This document shows, in pieces, positions 9,244 through 17,888 of a stretch of 32,105 nucleotides of DNA. The DNA is from a virus (Duplodnaviria > Caudoviricetes): IMG/VR virus record IMGVR_UViG_3300032243_001164, positions 1 through 32,105 of that record; one strand, given 5' to 3'. Position numbers and translations under genes: made by a program. A model generated the notes under the pieces. The model did no database searches, had not been told where the DNA came from, and saw only the letters and a program-made list of their open reading frames with translations. Numbering within the stretch: the stretch's first letter is position 1; every line of letters starts with the position of its first letter.

Positions 9244-12200
9244 TTAGATCACCATGTAATCTTTTGTAATTCTCACGTTGGTACCAGCTGATGTTGATAC
9301 AAACTGTAGCTGTGCGTTACTGCCGCTTTGTGTAGCACTAACAACACCCACGTTGGCACCAGTTTGAATTGTACCGTATGTCATCACTGTAGCAGTAGTG
9401 CCATTTGATATCAATAGTGCTTCCATTACTTGATAGTTGGCACCATTTGTGGCCTGTATCACGTACTTGGCACTACGATAAGTGGTAGAATCCATCGAAT
9501 CGATTGTGGTTGCTGTGTTGGCTGTTGCCACTGCTGTGTTGGCTATACTGCCAACTTGAGCACCTGCGGTGTTCCAGCTGGTTGTTATTGCGGTAGTACC
9601 TGCTGATCCAGTGTATATGTACAGACCGTTGTTGTCAACTGACAACTGTACATAACCATTGGCGCTGGCTGTACCGCCACCGCTGCCACCTGACTCTGTG
9701 GTTGTCAACACGCGAACGTCAATCACGTCACCAGCTAGTGGTGCTTCTGTGAACGTTAATGTTACCCCAGTTACAGAGTAGGCCAGTGTTGGAATCTGCA
9801 CAACACCGTTGATGCTGACCACACTGGCCGCTGTGGTTGTCGAAGCTGACAAAGTAAACGCTGTGGTAGTACCATCACCATTGAACTGTTGATCAGTTAT
9901 AACAGTAAATACCGTACCGCAACTCTTCCACTGTGTACCGTTGAAGAATTCCATTATGTTACTGGTTGTGTTGTAACGCACCATACCAGCAATGTCAGTG
10001 TATCCCACAGCACTTGGACGCTGTGATGTTGTACCTGATGGTACTATCATAGAGTCTGTTGAGTTGATCTGCAGTTTGGCTCCTGTGGTCAGTGTACCAA
10101 CTGTGGCATTACCACCAATCAGGACCTGATCATATGAAGCACTTGGGCGAGCCCATATCAATGTACCAGCGTTCTTGCCCTTGACAATAAAGTCTTGTCC
10201 ACTGGTTTGTGTGCTGTTGATTGTTACAGAATAGCCAAAGAACGCATTACCTGATACGCCCAGGCCACCATCAGTAAGAACTAGTGCACCTGTTGAAGCA
10301 CTAGTACTAGCCGTTACTGAATTTATCGTAACATCACCACCAGAAGTAATGGTGCCTGTGGTTGATAGTCTACCAATGCTCAACAGTCCAGTGGCAGCAT
10401 TGAATGTAATGTTGTTTGCTACACCAAACGAAGAATCTGTACCACTAGTATTCTGCGAACTCAACATTGGGTAGAACGTACCGGAGTTGTAATTTGCAAC
10501 TTGTCCGTAGTATGCAACGTTGGCGTTGGTAGCTGAAGCCACTGCCGACAATGCCGCTGTTGTTAGTGCAGTAACACGACCATATGCGTCTGTGCTGATA
10601 ACTGGAATTAAAGTTGCACTACCAACGGCAGTTCGTACGCCAGGACCACTTGCTGTCAATGTTATATTACCACCACTGATGGTCAAGTTACCAGCTCCGC
10701 CGGTTACGCTCACTACGCGAACGCTGTTGTCATACACACCTTGAGCATACAATGTGTTGTTTACTGCTGTGTTACCAGTGATAGTAGCTGTACCACCAAC
10801 GTTTATTGCGCCGCCAATACCAGCACCACCTGTGACCACTAATGCACCATTGGCAGTAGTTGTAGAAGCTGTATTGTTGGTAACAGATGCTACACCACTT
10901 GCACTCAGTGTGGTAAATGCACCAGAACCTGCTGTTACATTACCGATAGCACTGGCTTGCAATCCGCCTGTTGTGGCAGTAGTGAATGCGGCTGTACCTG
11001 GTGTAGCGTTACCGATGGCAACTGCTTGTAGTCCGCCTGTTGTAGCTGTGTTGAATGTGCCTGTTGTGAACACACCTGTACCAGGTGTCACATTACCAAT
11101 TGCTTGTGCTTGTAGTCCACCAGCAGTAGCAGTAGTCATTGTTGTTGCGCCGGTTACACCCAGTGTTGAACTAAATGTACCTGTTGTAAATGCACCAGAA
11201 CCTGCTGTTACATTACCAATTGCGGCTGCTTGCAATCCACCAGTTGTAGCAGTAGTGAATGCCGCTGTACCCGGTGTCACGTTACCAATAGCACCTGCTT
11301 GTAGGCCACCAGTTGTTATGTTATTAACTGTAACTGTTGTAAACGCACCAGTTCCTGGTGTAGCATTACCAATAGCAACTGCTTGCAAACCACCTGTGGT
11401 GGCTGTATTAAATGCGCCTGTTGTAAACACACCCGAGCCAGGTGTCACGTTACCGATGGCAACTGCTTGCAGGCCAGTAAACGAACCAGAGCCTGGTGTA
11501 ATATTACCAATAGCACCGGCTTGTAGGCCACCTGTTGTAGCTGTTGTAAATGCCGCAGTTCCTGGTGTAGCATTACCAATAGCAACTGCTTGCAAACCAC
11601 CTGTGGTAGCAGTATTGAATGTACCTGTTGTAAACACACCAGTGCCCGGTGTGATGTTACCAATAGCACCTGCTTGTAATCCGCCTGTGGTAGCTGTTGT
11701 AAATGCGGCTGTTCCTGGTGTTATGTTACCAATAGCAACTGCTTGCAATCCACCAATGGTACCTGTGTTGGTAGTTGTGGTTGTAAATGCCGCTGTACCT
11801 GGTGTAGCATTACCGATGGCAACTGCTTGCAATCCACCTGTTGTAGCTGTGGTCATTGTGGTAGCGCCAGTGACACCCAGTGTTGAACTGAATGTACCTG
11901 TTGTAAATGCACCAGATCCTGGTGTGATATTACCAATTGCAACTGCTTGCAATCCACCTGTGGTGGCTGTTGTAAATGCCGCTGTACCTGGTGTAGCATT
12001 ACCGATGGCAACTGCTTGCAGGCCACCAGTTGTAGCTGTTGTAAATGCGGCTGTTCCTGGTGTGATGTTACCAATTGCTGTGGCTTGTAAACTGGTTGAC
12101 AGAGTTGCTGTTTGACCAATCAAATTGCCCAAGTGGTATGGTGACACCACATTACCTGTTGTCTGGAATACGTTGGCCGCTGTGGCTACCAGTTGTAATT

Positions 12201-15200
12201 GGTTACCATTTCTGGCAGTAAGGTTCACATTGCCACTTGTGGCATCTTCACTTAGATTAAAGCCAGCAACAACCAGTGTGCTACCACTTAGGTATAGGTC
12301 TTTGAATCGGTTAGTGCTTGTACCCAAACTGTACACCACGTTGGCAGTTGGTACAATGTTACCTGTAACACTAATGTTACCACCAACTGTCAAGTTACCT
12401 GTGGTGCTCAATGATGTAAATGCACCTGATCCAGGTGTAGCGTTACCAATTGCAACTGCTTGCAATCCACCTGTAGTGGCTGTTGTTAGTGTAGTTGCAC
12501 CAGTGATGTTTAGAGTTGAAGAACCAACAATACCTTTGTTAAGGTTCCACGTGTCTGTTGAACTTGTGTACAACAATGTTGCACTAGCGCCATCGACTGT
12601 TAAACCAGCACCGTTAGCGGCTGCGGCACTTGCGGCACCCTTGGCAACGGTGATATTCAAATCTGTTACATCCAATGTTGTGGATTGAACCGAAGTTGTT
12701 GTACCAATAACTGTAAAGTTACCAACAACTGTGGCATTACCACCCACCCATAAGTTGGCACCAATGCCAACACCACCTGTGACTACCAATGCGCCTGTGG
12801 TTGCATTGGTTGCTTGTGTTGCGTTGGTTGCTTGTACCTGTCCTACCAAGACGCTGGTACCACCAACATTCAATGTTGTGGTGTTTGCGCTGGTTGAGAA
12901 TACAGAACCTGTGCCTGGGTTAACGTTAACTGATGTTACTGCGCCTAGACCGCTGATGCCGTTTGTCAAATTGGCAAAGGGCAGATAATAGGTTTGACTG
13001 TTACTCAATGGAGTAATTTGTTCGTAGTAAGCCACGTTGGCTGTGGCCGATCCACTGAGACCTGTTAGATATGCGCCACTACCCACAAACGCTGTGGCTA
13101 CCAAGTTACCAGTTGAAGGATTATGGCTTAGCGTACTTGTTGTGAAGACTGCTCCATTACCTGTTGTTTTATCAACCAATTGTGGATAGAATGTGGCATT
13201 AGTTGTTGTAGCAGTAAAACTGTCGTACATGCTCACGTTGGCTGTTGCCACTGTGCCCACAATTGATGTGGATGGCAAGTTGGTTAAGCCAGAACCAGAA
13301 CCACTGAATGTTGTGGCGCTGATCACGTTGGCACCACTGATGTTACCGCTAGTACCGCTAGTAATTAGGTTACCAACAGTTAGGTTACCAGTAACAGTAC
13401 CAGTTGCTCCGTTAAGTGTTGTAGTTGCATTACCAATTGTGGCGGCATATACGTTTGTGGCGTTGGCTGTGGTGAAGAATGCTGTTGTAGGTGTCACGTT
13501 ACCAATGATACCTTGCAAGCTACCTGCTGTAGCAGTAGTAAATGCGGCAGTGCCTGGAGTTACGTTACCAATGGCAACTGCTTGCAATCCACCAACTGTT
13601 TCAGTTGTGAACGCCGCTGTACCTGGTGTTACGTTACCGATGGCAACTGCTTGCAATCCACCAACTGTTTCAGTTTGGGCTGTTAATGTTGTAAATGCAC
13701 CTGTGCCTGGTGTAGCATTACCAATTGCCACAGCCTGTAATCCGCCTGTGGTAGCAGTGGTCATTGTGGTAGCGCCAGTAACACCCAGTGTAGAACTGAA
13801 TGTACCTGTAGTAAATGCACCTGAACCAGGTGTCACATTACCAATTGCCACGGCTTGTAATCCGCCAACTGTTTCTGTGTTGGCAGTTACTGATGTAAAT
13901 GCACCAGTGTTAGGTGTGATGTTACCAATAACAGCTTGTAAGCTACTGGCAGTCATTGCAGTAAATGCACCAGTGCCCGGTGTAGCATTACCAATGGCAA
14001 CTGCTTGCAATCCGCCTGTTGTTGCTGTTGTAAATGTTGCTAGTCCAGTGTGTGTGCTGGTACTGTTAACTGCTAATGTTGTAAATGCGCCTGAACCAGG
14101 TGTGATGTTACCAATTGCTGTTGCTTGGATACCACCTGCGTTGGCTGTTGTAAATACTGCTGAACCAGGTGTTACGTTACCAATTACGGCCGCTTGCAAG
14201 CCACCTGTGGTTGCTGTTGTAAATGCCGCAGTGCCCGGTGTGATGTTGCCAATTGCGCTAGACTGTACGCTGACAAACACACCAGTGCCTGGTGTGATGT
14301 TACCAATTGCGCCGGCTTGTAGTCCACCTGTGGTTGCTGTAGTGAATGCGGCTGTACCTGGTGTGATGTTACCAATAGCACCGGCTTGCAGGCCACCTGT
14401 GGTGGCTGTTGTAAATGCGGCAGTACCTGGTGTGATGTTACCAAGTGCCACAGCTTGTAAGCCAGTAAACGAACCAGCTCCAGGAGTTACGTTACCAATT
14501 TGTTGTGCTTGCAAACCGCCTGTTGTGGCAGTATTGAATGTACCTGTAGTAAATGTACCAGTTCCTGGTGTGATGTTACCAATAGCACCGGCTTGCAAAC
14601 CACCTGTTGTAGCTGTTGTAAATGCGGCAGTGCCTGGTGTGATGTTACCAATTGCGCCGGCTTGTAGTCCACCTGTGGTTGCTGTAGTGAATGCGGCTGT
14701 ACCTGGTGTGATGTTACCAATTGCACCTGCTTGCAATCCGCCAACTGTTTCAGTTTGAGCTGTCAATGTTGTAAATGCACCTGTACCTGGTGTTGCATTA
14801 CCAATTGCAACTGCTTGCAATCCACCTGTAGTAGCAGTGGTCAGTGTAGTAGCGCCAGTTACACCCAGTGTCGAACTAAATGTACCTGTTGTAAATGCAC
14901 CAGATCCAGGTGTAGCATTACCAATAGCAACTGCTTGTAGTCCACCTGTGGTGGCAGTATTGAATGTGCCTGTTGTAAACACACCTGTACCAGGTGTCAC
15001 ATTACCAATTGCTACAGCTTGCAATCCACCGGATGTTATAGTCAATGTGGTCAAACCACCAGCTTTGACGTTGGCCCAACCAGAATTGTTAATAGAACCT
15101 GTAGTAGTACCTGTTTCTGTTGTGGCAATAAATTCAAACGCACCATCAGATTCTTTCCACACCAAAGCAGTATTCACACTGCCATAACCAGCCAAACTCT

Positions 15201-15474
15201 GTAGGTTACGATTGGCAATCATACCAATATCATATGTTGGACTACCAGTATAGCCGTTGTTGAACACGATCAACGGATCGTTGACATACGTATTTGTACT
15301 CTGGATTGTACTGGTGTTGCCCGAAATACTCAGGTTACCCAAGATGGTAACGTTACTGTTAAGTGTCAGGCTGGGGTTAAAGTTTGAACCAACTAGGGTA
15401 CCGGACGCAATCTTAGCAAACGTGATTGTACTGTCGGTAATTTGGTTATTTTTAATTCTGGTAATGTTGGCCAT
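9244..15474 (-). CDS. Giant repeat-rich virion fibre protein (2076 aa) with C-terminal YRSAKY domain
   Basis: About 36 copies (manual count) of the consensus ATTGGLQAxAIGNxTPGxxxFTT in two blocks. It also carries the GMVRYNTT...EFFNGTQW motif, the GDGTTTAFTL...SINGVVQIP...FTEAP domain and a terminal YRSAKY domain. AAGGA lies upstream. Confidence 0.85.
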   Translation of the reverse strand: MANITRIKNNQITDSTITFAKIASGTLVGSNFNPSLTLNSNVTILGNLSISGNTSTIQSTNTYVNDPLIVFNNGYTGSPTYDIGMIANRNLQSLAGYGSVNTALVWKESDGAFEFIATTETGTTTGSINNSGWANVKAGGLTTLTITSGGLQAVAIGNVTPGTGVFTTGTFNTATTGGLQAVAIGNATPGSGAFTTGTFSSTLGVTGATTLTTATTGGLQAVAIGNATPGTGAFTTLTAQTETVGGLQAGAIGNITPGTAAFTTATTGGLQAGAIGNITPGTAAFTTATTGGLQAGAIGNITPGTGTFTTGTFNTATTGGLQAQQIGNVTPGAGSFTGLQAVALGNITPGTAAFTTATTGGLQAGAIGNITPGTAAFTTATTGGLQAGAIGNITPGTGVFVSVQSSAIGNITPGTAAFTTATTGGLQAAVIGNVTPGSAVFTTANAGGIQATAIGNITPGSGAFTTLAVNSTSTHTGLATFTTATTGGLQAVAIGNATPGTGAFTAMTASSLQAVIGNITPNTGAFTSVTANTETVGGLQAVAIGNVTPGSGAFTTGTFSSTLGVTGATTMTTATTGGLQAVAIGNATPGTGAFTTLTAQTETVGGLQAVAIGNVTPGTAAFTTETVGGLQAVAIGNVTPGTAAFTTATAGSLQGIIGNVTPTTAFFTTANATNVYAATIGNATTTLNGATGTVTGNLTVGNLITSGTSGNISGANVISATTFSGSGSGLTNLPSTSIVGTVATANVSMYDSFTATTTNATFYPQLVDKTTGNGAVFTTSTLSHNPSTGNLVATAFVGSGAYLTGLSGSATANVAYYEQITPLSNSQTYYLPFANLTNGISGLGAVTSVNVNPGTGSVFSTSANTTTLNVGGTSVLVGQVQATNATQATNATTGALVVTGGVGIGANLWVGGNATVVGNFTVIGTTTSVQSTTLDVTDLNITVAKGAASAAAANGAGLTVDGASATLLYTSSTDTWNLNKGIVGSSTLNITGATTLTTATTGGLQAVAIGNATPGSGAFTSLSTTGNLTVGGNISVTGNIVPTANVVYSLGTSTNRFKDLYLSGSTLVVAGFNLSEDATSGNVNLTARNGNQLQLVATAANVFQTTGNVVSPYHLGNLIGQTATLSTSLQATAIGNITPGTAAFTTATTGGLQAVAIGNATPGTAAFTTATTGGLQAVAIGNITPGSGAFTTGTFSSTLGVTGATTMTTATTGGLQAVAIGNATPGTAAFTTTTTNTGTIGGLQAVAIGNITPGTAAFTTATTGGLQAGAIGNITPGTGVFTTGTFNTATTGGLQAVAIGNATPGTAAFTTATTGGLQAGAIGNITPGSGSFTGLQAVAIGNVTPGSGVFTTGAFNTATTGGLQAVAIGNATPGTGAFTTVTVNNITTGGLQAGAIGNVTPGTAAFTTATTGGLQAAAIGNVTAGSGAFTTGTFSSTLGVTGATTMTTATAGGLQAQAIGNVTPGTGVFTTGTFNTATTGGLQAVAIGNATPGTAAFTTATTGGLQASAIGNVTAGSGAFTTLSASGVASVTNNTASTTTANGALVVTGGAGIGGAINVGGTATITGNTAVNNTLYAQGVYDNSVRVVSVTGGAGNLTISGGNITLTASGPGVRTAVGSATLIPVISTDAYGRVTALTTAALSAVASATNANVAYYGQVANYNSGTFYPMLSSQNTSGTDSSFGVANNITFNAATGLLSIGRLSTTGTITSGGDVTINSVTASTSASTGALVLTDGGLGVSGNAFFGYSVTINSTQTSGQDFIVKGKNAGTLIWARPSASYDQVLIGGNATVGTLTTGAKLQINSTDSMIVPSGTTSQRPSAVGYTDIAGMVRYNTTSNIMEFFNGTQWKSCGTVFTVITDQQFNGDGTTTAFTLSASTTTAASVVSINGVVQIPTLAYSVTGVTLTFTEAPLAGDVIDVRVLTTTESGGSGGGTASANGYVQLSVDNNGLYIYTGSAGTTAITTSWNTAGAQVGSIANTAVATANTATTIDSMDSTTYRSAKYVIQATNGANYQVMEALLISNGTTATVMTYGTIQTGANVGVVSATQSGSNAQLQFVSTSAGTNVRITKDYMVI
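10909..12093 (-). repeat. Coding tandem repeat block 2 (~15 units, 69-bp base unit)
   Basis: Recurring GLQAxAIGNxT(P/A)G units counted in the translation; boundaries approximate. Confidence 0.9.
13468..15030 (-). repeat. Coding tandem repeat block 1 (~20 units, 69-bp base unit)
   Basis: Same repeat family; some units are near-identical in DNA (e.g. 14288-14410 vs 14633-14722); boundaries approximate. Confidence 0.9.
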
Positions 15475-15505
15475 TGCTAAAGTTCCTTTTAAAATGGTGC
15501 TACAG

Positions 15506-15511
15506 TATTTA
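15506..15511 (-). promoter_or_regulatory. Late promoter core TAAATA
   Basis: GGTAAATA, intergenic, upstream of the RBS of the 2076-aa gene. Confidence 0.75.
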
Positions 15512-15562
15512 CCACGGCCGTAGGAAAACCACCTTACCAGGGGCTGTTTTGGATATGTGCTG

Positions 15563-17887
15563 TTAGATTAAGAACTGTGTTTTTTGTATGCGCAACTGAG
15601 TGTTGGCACCTGCGGCTGTAAATAGTAAATTTACATTACCACTGACTAGAGTAGCGGAGAAAACTCCGGTGTTGGATGCAGTAACCATCTTGGTACTAGT
15701 GATTGTGGCATTAGTACCATCTTGTAACAAATACACTTCATTGAATTGTATGTTTGAGCCAAAAGTAGATTGTACCATATATTTAGCTGATCGGTACAAA
15801 GAAGCAGGGAAATAGTCCACTACTGTGGGAGTTGTTGAAACTGCAACATTGGGGCTTGATACTGTGGTGACGTTGGAATATACTACAGAAATATTGGCGT
15901 TGGTCACATTGGCAGTTGTGGCTCTGATTGTGGTGGCAAATAAGGTATTGACTCCGGTGATATCTCCACCAGTGCCTGATGTGTTGAAGTTATTGGAATA
16001 GATATTGCCCGAAACAGTGAGATTTCCACCAGTTACAATATTGCCAGTGATATTCGCAGTTGTGGCCCTGACTGTGGTTGCAAATAGGGTATTAACCCCA
16101 GTGATATCGCCACCGGTGCCTGACGTGTTGAAGTTGTTGGAATAGATATTGCCTGACACATTCAAATTGCCACCGGAATTGATGTTTCCCACTGTGGTCA
16201 AAGTGGACAAACTGGCAACAGTATTTGATGACAGGTAGGCTGCCACGTTGGTATTGCTGTAGAATAGAAAACTAGACAAAGCGTCAAAATAGCTTATGCC
16301 GTTGCCCCAAAACAGTCCATTGCTGGTTAAAATATTGCCAACAAACAGATTACCAGTGGTTGAAATTTCACTGCTCAATCCTGTCAATGTGGCCACTGTG
16401 GCAGAAGCCACATAACGTATGTCAATAATATCTGTTGATTGCGGAGTTTCAGCAAATACAATATTTCCATTGGACACAATATATGAATTATTGACTCCAG
16501 GACGCTGTACTGTACCGTTAACACTGACAATCAATGCTGCCGCTGTGGCTGATGGATCATTCAATGCAAAGGTATTGTTGATTCCATCGGGGGTAATTTG
16601 CTGATCAGTGATGACGTTCTGAATCGGGTTCCAATTTACTCCGTCATACCATTCAATGCCATTTACCGCAACGCTGTTGTTAAATCTGATGGCGCCTTGT
16701 GTAGCGGTGCCTGGTCTAGTAGACATTCCGCCTATTGGCAGTTGCAAGGCTCCACTGGTGGCAATGGATACCACACTGGTGGTATTGCCGTAAATAGCAT
16801 CAGTATGAAAATTGCCATAAAATGTACTGATCACATTGCCTGCAATGATATTTCCCTGATCCACTTCCAAGTTTGTAACTGTTATATTGCCAACAAAGGC
16901 ATTGCCAGTGGTTATAAAGTTGGCGGCAGTTATGTTACCACTCAGGTCAATCGATGTTCCTACAAGATTACCATAGAGATTAGTTCCAATGGTGTTGCCT
17001 GTGATCACATTGCCCGAGTAGACAGCAGTGGTACCGACGGTGTTGCCATAGAACATGCTGATCACATTGCCGGCATATATGTTACTGCCAAATGATACCC
17101 CTGTGTTGCCTGTGATGGTATTACCAGTGATAGACACTTGTCCGACAGTTAGATTACTGGAATATGTGGCTGTTGTGCCAATGTTGTTGCCATAAAACGT
17201 GCTGATCACATTGCCCGATGTAATGTTTCCTGTGGCTGATATGTTGTTTACACCAGTCAGGTTCAGATTTGCATTGATACTACTGATGGTATTGCCAACA
17301 ATACTGACATTTCCGATGATCAGGCCGTTGGCCCAATTGACTACACCTGTGGGCCCCACATATCTAGCACCGCTGATAAAAACGCTTTTGCCAGTGACGC
17401 CAGTGGCTATGGATGCAGGCAAGTTGGCACCAATAAAGTTCAATATGCCTGATTGGTAATCAAAATACCATTGATCATCGTTGACGCCTGCGGCCTGTAG
17501 TGCTGTTCCTGTTGTTTGTGGTGTTGTGGATCCTGTGGCGTCAACATAGACTTTGACAAAGTATGTGGATCCAAATTGCGGATCAATCCAATTGGTCAGC
17601 TGGGTTGACCAAGTACGGTTGTCTGTCACTGCTAATTCTGCACACTCAACGGTGTTGGACCAGATGCCTGTGCCATCTTTGTAAATCTGTACCACGCTGG
17701 TGGTTGCGGCAGGAATGGTTGCAGGAATTGAAGCTGACAATTGCCACAAGGTATCACCGCGTATCAACAACGGACTGGGATTGGACTCGTTGTAGGCTTC
17801 CTTGGGTGGATTGGTGTCGGTCTTGGTCGCGGCCCAGGCTATCTTCTTATACAGCAGGTCTACTTTTTGTGTATCTGAAATGGCCAT
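15563..17887 (-). CDS. Virion structural/fibre protein with globular N-terminal domain and C-terminal YRSAKY domain
   Basis: 774 aa: an aromatic-rich N-terminal ~180 aa, a GN(I/V) shaft, the GAIRFN...WYDGVNW motif, a VSVNGTVQRP...FAETP domain and a LYRSAKY terminal domain. Confidence 0.75.
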   Translation of the reverse strand: MAISDTQKVDLLYKKIAWAATKTDTNPPKEAYNESNPSPLLIRGDTLWQLSASIPATIPAATTSVVQIYKDGTGIWSNTVECAELAVTDNRTWSTQLTNWIDPQFGSTYFVKVYVDATGSTTPQTTGTALQAAGVNDDQWYFDYQSGILNFIGANLPASIATGVTGKSVFISGARYVGPTGVVNWANGLIIGNVSIVGNTISSINANLNLTGVNNISATGNITSGNVISTFYGNNIGTTATYSSNLTVGQVSITGNTITGNTGVSFGSNIYAGNVISMFYGNTVGTTAVYSGNVITGNTIGTNLYGNLVGTSIDLSGNITAANFITTGNAFVGNITVTNLEVDQGNIIAGNVISTFYGNFHTDAIYGNTTSVVSIATSGALQLPIGGMSTRPGTATQGAIRFNNSVAVNGIEWYDGVNWNPIQNVITDQQITPDGINNTFALNDPSATAAALIVSVNGTVQRPGVNNSYIVSNGNIVFAETPQSTDIIDIRYVASATVATLTGLSSEISTTGNLFVGNILTSNGLFWGNGISYFDALSSFLFYSNTNVAAYLSSNTVASLSTLTTVGNINSGGNLNVSGNIYSNNFNTSGTGGDITGVNTLFATTVRATTANITGNIVTGGNLTVSGNIYSNNFNTSGTGGDITGVNTLFATTIRATTANVTNANISVVYSNVTTVSSPNVAVSTTPTVVDYFPASLYRSAKYMVQSTFGSNIQFNEVYLLQDGTNATITSTKMVTASNTGVFSATLVSGNVNLLFTAAGANTQLRIQKTQFLI
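15912..16174 (-). repeat. Tandem in-frame duplication, 144-bp (48-aa) period
   Basis: GGNLxVSGNIYSNNFNTSGTGGDITGVNTLFATTxRATTA occurs twice (15912-16030 and 16056-16174). Confidence 0.9.
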
Positions 17888-17888
17888 T

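Noticed and set aside
10754-14758. Long plus-strand ORFs (453, 187, 521 aa) and many smaller antisense ORFs
   Set aside because: They are in-register mirrors of T/G/A/N-rich minus-strand genes, where stop-generating codons are rare. They give V/P/A-rich translations with no promoter or RBS support.
10909-15030. Repeat arrays as a possible CRISPR array
   Set aside because: The units are in-frame, vary at third codon positions and have no unique spacers; no cas genes are present.
9244-15474. Thr-rich repeats as an ice-nucleation or antifreeze protein
   Set aside because: There is no InaZ-type AGYGST repeat or regular TxT ladder; context and flanking modules indicate a phage fibre.
1982-15786. 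TAAATA matches inside genes (near 1982 and 15782)
   Set aside because: Both arise from the Ala-Lys-Tyr codons (GCT AAA TAT) of the YRSAKY motif, so coding explains them.
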